Part shown: positions 37,250 to 46,233 of the stretch, one piece after another | How the letters are laid out: each line of letters begins with the position of its first letter | Numbering within the stretch: position 1 is the stretch's first letter | Assembly: GCA_040218735.1 (NCBI GenBank) | Contig: JAVJQW010000006.1 | Location: 128,001-192,000, forward strand | DNA: 64,000 nucleotides | Source of the DNA: Deltaproteobacteria bacterium | Lineage (GTDB): Bacteria; Myxococcota; Kuafuiibacteriia; Kuafuiibacteriales; Kuafuiibacteriaceae | Reading direction: 5' to 3' | Program-made: the position numbers and the translations under genes | Notes under the pieces: generated by a model | What the model saw: the letters and a program-made list of their open reading frames with translations, nothing else | Databases searched by the model: none | Told to the model about the DNA's origin: nothing

Positions 37250-38116
37250 ATGGACGTCTTCGAGGAACACCGCCCCTTGCTCGAAGGGATCGCGTACCGC
37301 ATGTGCGGCGTGCACGCGGACGCGCGGGACCTGGTGCAGGAGACCCACATCCAGTGGTGCGCTGCCGACCGCGCGGCGATCCGCGATCCCCGGGCTTGGC
37401 TCGTCACGACGTGCAGTCGCCTGGCGATCGACATGCTGCGGTCGGCGCACCGGCGACGCATGAGCTACGTCGGCACGTGGCTACCGGAGCCGCTCGTGGA
37501 TGAGGCGGCGCCGACCCCCGCGGAGGCGTTGGAGATCGACGAGTCCGTGTCGCTCGCGCTGATGGTCGCGCTCGAACGGTTGAGCCCCGCCGAGCGCGCG
37601 GTCTTCATCCTGCACGACCTGTTCGGGTACCGCTTCGAGGAGATCGGACCGATGGTGTCGCGGAGCGAACCGGCCTGCCGCAAGCTCGCGTCACGAGCGC
37701 GGAGGGCGGTGCAGTCCGAACGGCCTCGCTTCGAGGCGACCGCCGAGATGCACCGCGATCTCCACGCGGCGTTCCTCGAGGCAGCGCGCCACGGTGATCT
37801 CGACGGTCTCGCGTCGCTGCTGACGGAGTCGGTGGCGCTTCACACCGACGGGGGCGGTCACGTCGAAGCGCTCACGTCGGTGCTCCGCGGACGCCGCGCG
37901 GTGTCGAAGTTCTTCATCGGCATCTGGCGAACGCACTTCACGCCCGCCGACGATGTCGAGGTCGTGCACCGTTGGTTCAACGGCAGCCCCGGCACCCTCG
38001 TCTTCAAGGACGGTGCGCTCGTGGTGTCGCTCGACTTCGCGATCGAGGACGGCAGCATCCAGAGCATCTACGCGCTGAGGAACCCCGAAAAGCTCACCGC
38101 CTTCGGCTACAGCTGA
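37250..38116 (+). CDS. sigJ: ECF41 (SigJ-like) sigma factor with C-terminal SnoaL-like domain
   Basis: YVGTWLPEP, DGGG and NPEKL motifs diagnostic of ECF41. Confidence 0.9.
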   Translation: MDVFEEHRPLLEGIAYRMCGVHADARDLVQETHIQWCAADRAAIRDPRAWLVTTCSRLAIDMLRSAHRRRMSYVGTWLPEPLVDEAAPTPAEALEIDESVSLALMVALERLSPAERAVFILHDLFGYRFEEIGPMVSRSEPACRKLASRARRAVQSERPRFEATAEMHRDLHAAFLEAARHGDLDGLASLLTESVALHTDGGGHVEALTSVLRGRRAVSKFFIGIWRTHFTPADDVEVVHRWFNGSPGTLVFKDGALVVSLDFAIEDGSIQSIYALRNPEKLTAFGYS

Positions 38117-38167
38117 GGCCGCTCCGGCCCCTTGACCGAAGCCTCTGTCGGCCGGACGGTCGCGGGC

Positions 38168-38611
38168 GTGACCCACCGCGCTCTGTCGATCCTCTCGCCG
38201 TTCTTCGTCGCGTGCGCGACGACGCCCGCGCCCGCTCCGCGGCCCGACTTCGATGCGGCCCTCGCCGAGCACGTTCGGACGATCCGCGAGCGCGACCTCG
38301 CCGGCTACGAACGCACGCTCACCGAGCGTGAGTCCTTCTCGATCATCTTCCCGAACGGACACCGGACCACGAAGCGCGCGGAGGCGATTGCGTTTCACCG
38401 CGAGTGGTTCGCGGACACCGCCTGGCAGATGAGCTTCGAAGAGGCGGAACGCATCGACGGCGGAGACAGCATGGTCGTCGTCTTCCGCACGGCCTACCGC
38501 GACGCGCCCGACGGGGAGGACCGCGAGGGGTGGCTGACGCTCGTGTTCGCGGTGGAGGGGGGCGCGTGGCGCCTCGTTCACGATCAGAACACACGCATTG
38601 CGCCGAAGTGA
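38168..38611 (+). CDS. NTF2/SnoaL-like (DUF4440/DUF3225-type) lipoprotein
   Basis: Lipobox FVAC; C-terminal TLVF....G.WRLVHDQNT. Confidence 0.7.
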   Translation: MTHRALSILSPFFVACATTPAPAPRPDFDAALAEHVRTIRERDLAGYERTLTERESFSIIFPNGHRTTKRAEAIAFHREWFADTAWQMSFEEAERIDGGDSMVVVFRTAYRDAPDGEDREGWLTLVFAVEGGAWRLVHDQNTRIAPK

Positions 38612-38642
38612 GCCCCGGCGACCCTCGCGGACCGCCGGGGCT
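38611..38642. terminator. Hairpin between convergent genes
   Basis: AGCCCCGGCG/CGCCGGGGCT 10-bp inverted repeat. Confidence 0.55.
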
Positions 38643-38656
38643 TCGACGAATCGACC

Positions 38657-41600
38657 TCAGAGCGGGAGCTTGAAGTCGTCCTTGCCGCTGACCTCCTGGA
38701 TCGTCGGCTCGAGCAGGCTCTTCAGGAACTTCTTCGTCGACGCATCCTCGTACAGCGACTTGATCCCGAACGCCTGCGGCGCGTCCGCCATCGACAGCTC
38801 GTCGATCTTCCCGGAGACGGCGTGCACGTACCCGTACAGGCTCTTGGCATCGTAGGGCCCCACGGCCACGGCGATCGCGTCGGCGAACGTCTTGTCCTCG
38901 GGGTTGATGATGCGTTTGAGCTGACCGAGCGCGGTCTCGCCGAGCTTGTCGATGCCGCCCGAGTTGAGCGCGCCGAGGAGGCCCATCGTCTTCGAGAACG
39001 CGAAGCCGAAGTCGAAGTCGACGTCGGGGTCGCCTTGCCCGAAGGTGAGGGTCACCGCCCAGATCTTCAGCGTGAAGCCCTGCTCGGGGTTCATCGCCGT
39101 CTTGACCGCGGAGGTCGCGACGCCGCCGAAGATCTCGTTGGCGAGTTTGATCCCCGCGTCCGGGCTCGTGCTCACCGTGGCGACGAACCCGGCGATGAAC
39201 CCACCGAGGAACGACAACACGAGTTTGCCCGCGTCGCGCTCACCCTCCGCGTAACTCATCGCCAAACTCATTGCGCCTCCGTACACCGCGGTCTGCGCGA
39301 TCGCGGTGGTACTCACGCCGAACACCGTCGGTCCGAGCACCGCCGCGGCCAGCACCCCGGCGGCGTAGGCCGCGACCGCCACCGCGACACCGATCATCGC
39401 GCCGGCGACGGCCGCCGCTGCGTTGAAGTCGTCGAACGCGTTGGCGGGGTCCGTGAAGATCTTCCCCTCCGTGCCCGCGACGAGGAAACCGACGACCCCC
39501 GCGACGAGCACGGTGATTGCGATGATCGCTCCGACGAAGCGCCCCGACGGATCCTGGAAGGTCACCGGGTTGTTGCTGCCGAACGCGTACCGGTTGTGCG
39601 GGACGGCCTGCATCGGGTCGGAGCCGATCGAACGGTCCGCGCTGATGAAGCGCCCGAGGTCCGCGTCGTAGTAGCGCGCCTGCATGAACATCAGGTCCGT
39701 GGTGCGGTCCAGCTCGTGCCCGCCGAACTTCGGCCGGAACTCATCCGTGCCGGAGCTCGACGCGTGAATCTCGCCGTACGGCGTGTAGTTCACGTGCGCG
39801 CTCTTGTTCCCGCTCTCGTCGGTGACCACCGTGGTGGAGCCGACCTGGTCCTGGTGCAGATAGCGCACGCCCACCGCGGGCTCACCCACGCCGTGGGCGC
39901 CCGGCGACATCGCCGCCGAAGCCGAGCCCGAGCCGTGCGTCACGAAGAACACCGCTGCGACCGCCGCCGCGAGCGCGGGGCTGAAGCGCGGACGACCGTA
40001 CAGCTTCATGTCACGGCGACGACGGCGTAGGCCGACGAGCAGCAACAGGCACAGCACCGCGGGGAGCGCCACGGTGGTCACGCGCCACGCGGTACGACCC
40101 GCCGGCGACGTCACGTACGCGAGCGCCGTGTGCCACGCGACGCGCGGACCGCCCGAGAGCGTCGCCGGATCGAACATCGCGGCGAGCATCTCGTGCTGAC
40201 GCGACTCGAACTGCTCGACGAGCATCACCTCGGTGCGGGTGATCTGCGCGACGCGACCGGACGGCCCCTGCAGGTACTTCGTGTGCCGCGTCGGCCCCGA
40301 CGCGGGGACCGTGACCTCGTAGTCACTGCCGACGTAGTAGGTCGTGCTGCCTGTGGCCTCGACCTTCTTGAGCCGGTGCCCGTCCTGGTCGTAGACGAAG
40401 CTCGTCGCCTGACCGTTCTTGACGACCTGCACGAGGAGGTCCTCTTCGTTCCAGGTGTACGTCCACTGGTCGGTGCCTCGCGTCTTCTGCGTGAGGTTGC
40501 CGTTCGCGTCGTAGCTCATCGCGGTGCCGTCGCTGCGGCTCGTCGGTCGGTGACCGCCGAGCGCGTACTGGTACGTCTCCGTGATGAGGTTGTTCTCCGT
40601 CCGCTCGAGGAAGCTCCCGCCCGAGGAGTACACGTAGCTCCGAAGCCCGTAGGGACCCTCGGCGAACGCGAGCTCGCCGCGCGGCGTGTACTCGAAGTTC
40701 TGCGAGTCGGAGCCGAGCTGGTCGGTGATCTTCGTGATCTGATCGACGTCGTCCCACGCGTAGGTGAGGTCGAGCAGCGCGTTCTCACCTTCCTCCTCCT
40801 CCGCGCACGGGTCGGAGGGGACACCGCTGGGGTGCGCCGTCAGACGGTGCCTCGACATCCGCGCGGTGACGACGTCGAAGTCGTAACAAGCCACGACGTC
40901 GTTGCCGAACGTCACCTGACCCACGCGACCGGATGCGTCGTAGTCCTCGTAGACCGCGTAGGGCGTGAACACGCCGTCCGCGTCGCCCGGCTCCCACAGC
41001 GCGATCTCCTCGAGGAACCGCGCCGAGTCGAACCCGTAGCGCGCGATCGAGCCGTCCGGGAAGCTCCGCTCCACGACGTTCCCCATCGCGTCGTGCCGCG
41101 TGCTCCACGTGTACGCGACACCGTCGATCGTGAGCTGCGCGGCCGACTGCCGACCGTAGGCGTCGTAGCTCGTGGCGTAGGTGTGGTCCGGTCCGACGAC
41201 CGACGTCAGCCGGCCCAACCCATTGGTCAGTGAAGAATCGTCGTAGCCGTAGCTGATCGTCCGCGCCGTCGCCGCGTTGGGCGCGAGGAACGACTTGGTC
41301 AGCGTCCGCCCCAGCGCGTCGTACGTACGCGACGCCTGGTTGCCGTTGGCGTCCGTCTCCAGCGACAGCTGTCCGAAGACGTCGTAGTCGAAGTGCGTCG
41401 TCCCGGTGTCGGTGTCCGCGACGGACCGCTTCCGGCCGATGGTGTCGTACGTCGTGGTGGTGGTCGCGTCCGGGCTCGTCACCGACGTCAGTCGGCCGAG
41501 CGGGTCGTACGCGTAGGTCGTCGTCGCGAACGTCGCGTCGACCTTCTTCACGAGGTTGTCGCGGAAGTCGACGTGGACGGTCGTCACCGACTGGTTCGGC

Positions 41601-44600
41601 TCCGTACGCGTCATGACCATCGCGTGCGTCGAGGTGTCGTAGTCCGTGTACGCCGTCTCGATGCGACGCCCGTCGTGCAGGACGAACGCGGTCGGACGTG
41701 ACTTCACGTCGTACTCACTCTCCACCCAGCGCGGAACGGAACCCTCGAAGTAGGGCTCGGTGGTCCTCAGGACGAGCGTGTCGCGGAAGTACTCGCGGTC
41801 GCGAACGATCGCGCTGCTGCCGATGCCGCGGCGACGCTCGCGGACGACTCGTCCCTGCACGTCGGTCCACGTCTCCGTCCAGTCCCACTCCTCCGGGCCG
41901 ACGTGGTCGCGGAGGTTCCAGGTCTGCGTGACGAGGCCGAGGAACTCATCCTCGACGGGGTGTGTGTAGACGAACCTTCGGAACGGGGCCGCGTTGCCGT
42001 TTTCGTCGGGACCGAGGATCTCCAGCGGACGACCGAACGCGTCGAGCTCGATGGTCACGGTGTTGCCGCTGACGTCCGACCGCTCGACCTCGAGCGCGAA
42101 GCGCGGATCGACCCGCTTCACGATCTTCTGGCCGATCGCGTTGATGATGAGCGCGAGGTGACCGAAGCCGTCGTACTCGTACTCGGTGGTGCCGAGGGGG
42201 GACGTGGCGGAGGTGACCAGGCCGCGAGCGTCGTAGGTCTTCTCCTGGCCGAGCCACTGCTGGTGGGTGTCGTCCCACGAACCCTCGAAGAGCACGTTCA
42301 TGCGCGAGGGGAGGTCGTAGGTGACCTTGCGGTGGCTCAACGGGACGTTCGGGTTGCCCTGGTGAATCTTCACCTCGTACGGGTAGCCGATTCGCCAGGC
42401 GCTGAGATCGTTGTGATAGAGCGTGTCGGTGATCAGCAGCGCCGATGGGTTCGCGGAGTCCGGCGTGTCGGACATCTGCACGGGGTTGCCGAACGTGTCG
42501 TAGCTGAACGAACGCACCGCGCTGATGCACGCGTTCTGGCTGCCGAGGATGTACTCACACCGGTTCTGCGACGCGAGCCCCACCCGGTGAAGGTTCGGGT
42601 CCGCGAAGGACGGGTGCTGAACGTCGACGTACGTGAAGTCGATCTGCGCGAGGTCGACGCCGTTGCGGTCGAGGTGCTGGGAGGACGCAAAGCCCGCGAA
42701 CGGGTGGTCCTGGCGGTAGGTCGTCGTCAGCGTGGTGCCGTCGGCACGATCCACGGTGACTTCACCGAAGCCGAGGAACCCGTGCCCGGCGAGGTGTGAG
42801 CGCGCCTGCGCGTACGCGTAACGATCCGAGGTGAGTTTGTCCTTGGCGTCGTTCTTCTCTGCCTTACGGACCACGAACAACGGCATGGTGACTTCGCGCT
42901 CGGGGTAGATGGCGCCGCTGCCCGGCGTGTAGACGTCCGAGCGGGTGAGCGGCGCGTACTCGACTTCGAAGCGACCGTAGAGGCCGTCGAGGAACTGTGT
43001 CGCGAGGCCGGTCTTGTACGACTTCGTCCAGTAGAAGTACGACGGGTCGCCGCTCAGCTGGTCGGTGCGCATGAAGATGCCGGTCATGCCCTCCAGGCCG
43101 TTGTCGATCGCGAGGTAGTCGTCCTGCGGATCCTTCGGGATCGTCTCCTGCCAGACGTAACCGAGCCCATCGCTCAGGTGGATCTGGATGTCCGACGTCT
43201 CGTGCGAAGGATCCCACCGGCGGTTGAAACCGGTGACGAGGTCGGTGCGACCGTCGTCCGTGATGTTCGCGGGGCTCAGGCGGTGACGCCAGTCGATGCC
43301 GCCGACGGTGTAACCCCAGTCGCGGAAGTACCAGTTGTTCGGCGCGAGGTCGATCTGCACCTGGTAGGTCTGCGTGAGGCGCGGCGTGAGCGTGCGCCCG
43401 TTGCCGAAGAAGATGAGCAAGTTCTCTTGCAGGTCGGACTGCGCCTGGCTGGGCGGCGCCGTGTTGCCCTTGCGCGCCGAGCCGACGACGAGCGCGTCGG
43501 AGCGCCCGTCGCCGTTCACGTCGGAGGCGAGGATCTCGTAGAACGGATGCGGCCAGACGTCCGCCCAGTCCTTGGTCAACGTGCCCGACTGGGACGCGAC
43601 GAGGAGCGTGATGCGCGAGTGTCCGCCGTACTGCGGGTCCGAGCCGCCCGAGGCGTGGAACGGGAAGCGGACCAGGAAGTCGACGCGCCCGTCGCCCGTG
43701 AAGTCACCCGGGGTGAAGACGGGACCGTAATACTTCTCGTAGTCGAGGAGCATCGGAATAGCCGGCGCGGGCGGGACGTCGTCGAGCGTCCCCGTCTGGT
43801 GGAGGGTGAAGCCCGTCGGGGTGGTCAAAAACACGCGGAAGTCGAACATCAGCGCGAAGTCACCCGTCTCGGTGAGCTCGCGGTTCTTGATGGCGAGGAC
43901 GTCTGCGCGTGCGTCGCCGTCGATGTCACCGATGTGAATGGTGTCCGCGAGGGAGATCTCGCCGCCGGTCTGTGCCGGCGTGTTCGAGAGGCCGTTCTCC
44001 GCAGAGCCGAGGAAGATCTCGTAGCCACCCGCGTTGTCGATCAGCGGGTGCTTGAGCCAGATGAGATCCGTACAGCCGTCGGCGTTGAAGTCACCCGCGT
44101 GGAAGCGCGGGCCCCAGTCCTGCGGGTTGCCGAAGGTGTCTTCGTAGTTTCCTGCGTTGACCGAGAACGGCTTGACCACGCGCAGGTTCGCGCTCTGGGG
44201 GGAGGTGACGATCTGGTAGTCCGCGACCGGGTAGACGAAGTCCTGGCGGCCGTCGCAGTTGAAGTCACCCGAAGCGCCTTCGCCGTAGAGTGATGGCGAG
44301 CGAATCCCGAACTGCGGGTCGAGCGCGGAGTGATACTCCGAGAACGAAAACATCGACGTCGCGTTGGCGTCGAGGTCCGACCAACTCACCAGCGTCGGCG
44401 GGTAACAAACCGCGCCGGAGCACTCCTTTACACGATCGACGAAGAGTTGATCGCGGAGGTTCAGCGGACCGGTTTGGAACTCATAGTGTTTGACCTCGTC
44501 GAAGTTGGGCCCGTCCTTGACGTAGGTGCGGATGTGCTCGAGGGCCTTGTCTCGCACGATGCGGGCGCCACCCACGTAGCGGTTGTGGCGCTCGGTGTGG

Positions 44601-45544
44601 GTCGTGTACTCGAACTCGACGACGCGATCGAACGGGACCTGCTGGTCGTCGTTCGAGCCGTACTCGATACGGACCGGGGCACAGTATGTCGTCCCGATGT
44701 CCTGGTAGAAGACGCGCATCACGTTGCCGTGGACGTCGGTGAGCTTGGTGAGCGGCCAGTCGAGGCGCGGAGCCTTCTGCCCCTCGACGGAGTCGACCAG
44801 CGCGTTGCAGCTCGACATCTCTTCGAGGCCGCCGAACTCCGCGGTCGAGCCGTTCTTGAGCTCCGCCTGGAAGGTGCACGGGCCCGAGAAGGTCGCCTCG
44901 GCGCCGGTGTTCTGGTCCCACGGCTGCCCCTCCTCGGCGGAGGACGCGGGGAGCTTCACCGTCGCGCGACAGCTGCCTGTGCTCTCGAAGCGGCTCCAGG
45001 TCTGCATCTCGGTCAGGTAATTCGTGCCCGGCTCGCCGTAGTCGCCCGAGATGGCGAGGAGGCGGAGGCCGCCGGTGCAGAATCGGTCGTCGTCGTCGAG
45101 GCGGACCGCGCCCACCGCGCCGTCGTGCACCTTCGTGCGGGCGCAGCGCTCGACCCTCGGGAGGCCGGCGAGCGTGAAGCCGACGCCGAGGGCGCTGTCA
45201 CCGGCCTGGCTGTTGTAGGTCGCGGCGAGCTTCGGCTCGATTCCGCCGATGCCCGGGGGCACCTCGATCGGGATTGCGTAGGTTGCAGCGCCGGTCGCGT
45301 TCACGTCGAACGCGGCTTCGATGCGGCCGACCGCGTACGGTGACTCGGGGACGGGTTCACCGCCCTCCGGTCCCGAGGGGGGTTCGGGTGGGTCTCTCGG
45401 AGGGGGCGGTGGCGGTCTGCCGGGCTCGCTCCCCGGCGGTGGGGTGCGCGCTTCGTCACGCGCGACGCCGTTGAGCTCGTCGCTCGAGCAGCCCGCGATG
45501 ACGAGCGCGATGGTGAGAAGGTGAGTTGGGAATCGAATGTTCAT
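38657..45544 (-). CDS. Lipoprotein SpvB/FG-GAP/YD-repeat RHS protein (TcB-TcC-like fusion) with hydrophobic C-terminal domain
   Basis: Lipobox IAGC; SpvB-like 'TGAATYAIPIEVPPG'; six GD(F/I/V)xxDGxxD-type repeats; GFLGFG; YD repeats; RHS core ARYYD..LGRFISAD...NNPVTFQDPSG. Confidence 0.9.
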   Translation of the reverse strand: MNIRFPTHLLTIALVIAGCSSDELNGVARDEARTPPPGSEPGRPPPPPPRDPPEPPSGPEGGEPVPESPYAVGRIEAAFDVNATGAATYAIPIEVPPGIGGIEPKLAATYNSQAGDSALGVGFTLAGLPRVERCARTKVHDGAVGAVRLDDDDRFCTGGLRLLAISGDYGEPGTNYLTEMQTWSRFESTGSCRATVKLPASSAEEGQPWDQNTGAEATFSGPCTFQAELKNGSTAEFGGLEEMSSCNALVDSVEGQKAPRLDWPLTKLTDVHGNVMRVFYQDIGTTYCAPVRIEYGSNDDQQVPFDRVVEFEYTTHTERHNRYVGGARIVRDKALEHIRTYVKDGPNFDEVKHYEFQTGPLNLRDQLFVDRVKECSGAVCYPPTLVSWSDLDANATSMFSFSEYHSALDPQFGIRSPSLYGEGASGDFNCDGRQDFVYPVADYQIVTSPQSANLRVVKPFSVNAGNYEDTFGNPQDWGPRFHAGDFNADGCTDLIWLKHPLIDNAGGYEIFLGSAENGLSNTPAQTGGEISLADTIHIGDIDGDARADVLAIKNRELTETGDFALMFDFRVFLTTPTGFTLHQTGTLDDVPPAPAIPMLLDYEKYYGPVFTPGDFTGDGRVDFLVRFPFHASGGSDPQYGGHSRITLLVASQSGTLTKDWADVWPHPFYEILASDVNGDGRSDALVVGSARKGNTAPPSQAQSDLQENLLIFFGNGRTLTPRLTQTYQVQIDLAPNNWYFRDWGYTVGGIDWRHRLSPANITDDGRTDLVTGFNRRWDPSHETSDIQIHLSDGLGYVWQETIPKDPQDDYLAIDNGLEGMTGIFMRTDQLSGDPSYFYWTKSYKTGLATQFLDGLYGRFEVEYAPLTRSDVYTPGSGAIYPEREVTMPLFVVRKAEKNDAKDKLTSDRYAYAQARSHLAGHGFLGFGEVTVDRADGTTLTTTYRQDHPFAGFASSQHLDRNGVDLAQIDFTYVDVQHPSFADPNLHRVGLASQNRCEYILGSQNACISAVRSFSYDTFGNPVQMSDTPDSANPSALLITDTLYHNDLSAWRIGYPYEVKIHQGNPNVPLSHRKVTYDLPSRMNVLFEGSWDDTHQQWLGQEKTYDARGLVTSATSPLGTTEYEYDGFGHLALIINAIGQKIVKRVDPRFALEVERSDVSGNTVTIELDAFGRPLEILGPDENGNAAPFRRFVYTHPVEDEFLGLVTQTWNLRDHVGPEEWDWTETWTDVQGRVVRERRRGIGSSAIVRDREYFRDTLVLRTTEPYFEGSVPRWVESEYDVKSRPTAFVLHDGRRIETAYTDYDTSTHAMVMTRTEPNQSVTTVHVDFRDNLVKKVDATFATTTYAYDPLGRLTSVTSPDATTTTTYDTIGRKRSVADTDTGTTHFDYDVFGQLSLETDANGNQASRTYDALGRTLTKSFLAPNAATARTISYGYDDSSLTNGLGRLTSVVGPDHTYATSYDAYGRQSAAQLTIDGVAYTWSTRHDAMGNVVERSFPDGSIARYGFDSARFLEEIALWEPGDADGVFTPYAVYEDYDASGRVGQVTFGNDVVACYDFDVVTARMSRHRLTAHPSGVPSDPCAEEEEGENALLDLTYAWDDVDQITKITDQLGSDSQNFEYTPRGELAFAEGPYGLRSYVYSSGGSFLERTENNLITETYQYALGGHRPTSRSDGTAMSYDANGNLTQKTRGTDQWTYTWNEEDLLVQVVKNGQATSFVYDQDGHRLKKVEATGSTTYYVGSDYEVTVPASGPTRHTKYLQGPSGRVAQITRTEVMLVEQFESRQHEMLAAMFDPATLSGGPRVAWHTALAYVTSPAGRTAWRVTTVALPAVLCLLLLVGLRRRRRDMKLYGRPRFSPALAAAVAAVFFVTHGSGSASAAMSPGAHGVGEPAVGVRYLHQDQVGSTTVVTDESGNKSAHVNYTPYGEIHASSSGTDEFRPKFGGHELDRTTDLMFMQARYYDADLGRFISADRSIGSDPMQAVPHNRYAFGSNNPVTFQDPSGRFVGAIIAITVLVAGVVGFLVAGTEGKIFTDPANAFDDFNAAAAVAGAMIGVAVAVAAYAAGVLAAAVLGPTVFGVSTTAIAQTAVYGGAMSLAMSYAEGERDAGKLVLSFLGGFIAGFVATVSTSPDAGIKLANEIFGGVATSAVKTAMNPEQGFTLKIWAVTLTFGQGDPDVDFDFGFAFSKTMGLLGALNSGGIDKLGETALGQLKRIINPEDKTFADAIAVAVGPYDAKSLYGYVHAVSGKIDELSMADAPQAFGIKSLYEDASTKKFLKSLLEPTIQEVSGKDDFKLPL

Positions 45545-45553
45545 GCCTGCGAA

Positions 45554-45579
45554 TAGCCAAAAGCTCCGCAGGATTTTTT
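45554..45579 (-). promoter_or_regulatory. Candidate ECF promoter AAAAAA-N14-TGGCTA upstream of RHS gene
   Basis: Same motif and spacing as at 51985-52012; ends 9 nt before the RHS ATG; no SD visible. Confidence 0.5.
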
Positions 45580-45587
45580 GATGAGTT

Positions 45588-46223
45588 TCAGTCGCCGAGG
45601 AACGCGCGCGTCAACTCACGGATTTTGTGCTGCCAGTTGTAGACGACCTGAACCTTTACACCCATGAGACGAGCGACTTCGTTCGGTGAGCGGCCGTCGG
45701 TATAGGCGTGCCGAAACACGAGCTGACCTCGCGTCGGGAGAGCCTCTTGAAGATGCGCGCTGAGGCGCGCCGCGAGGTCGCGAGCGAGGAGCCCCTCCTC
45801 CGGCGATGGGTTCGGTGTCGTCATCGAGTCCAACGCGTCGGAGCCGAGCGCTCTAAGGTGACCGCCGCGTTTCTGCGCGGCGGCCCGCGTCCTCAGGCGC
45901 GTGATCTCGCGCTCCGCGACGAGGCCGACGTAGCGCTCCAGCGACAGTCCGCGATCGGGATCCCACGCGCGCAGTCGTTCGCCGCCGCGACCGACGAGCA
46001 CGAGCCAGACCTCCTGGATCATGTCGTCCACGGTGTCCGGGATCTTCTGACGAGGGTCCCGCGCGCGCGCGCGCCGCGCACGCGCGCGCACGACGGGGAG
46101 CAGCCGGGCGACGAGCTCGTCGCCCGCGGCTGCGTCCCCCGCCAACGCCTGGCGGACGAGGAGCTGATCGTGCTCGACGACCTCGGCCTCGAGCCCGGCC
46201 GGTCTGGCGGTTTCGGTGCTCAT
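45588..46223 (-). CDS. ECF-family sigma-70 factor
   Basis: Region 2 'ALAGD..A.DELV..LLPVV...DDMIQEVWLVL'; region 4 HTH 'SPNEVARLMGVKVQVVYNWQHK'. Confidence 0.88.
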   Translation of the reverse strand: MSTETARPAGLEAEVVEHDQLLVRQALAGDAAAGDELVARLLPVVRARARRARARDPRQKIPDTVDDMIQEVWLVLVGRGGERLRAWDPDRGLSLERYVGLVAEREITRLRTRAAAQKRGGHLRALGSDALDSMTTPNPSPEEGLLARDLAARLSAHLQEALPTRGQLVFRHAYTDGRSPNEVARLMGVKVQVVYNWQHKIRELTRAFLGD

Positions 46224-46233
46224 GGCTGTTCGC

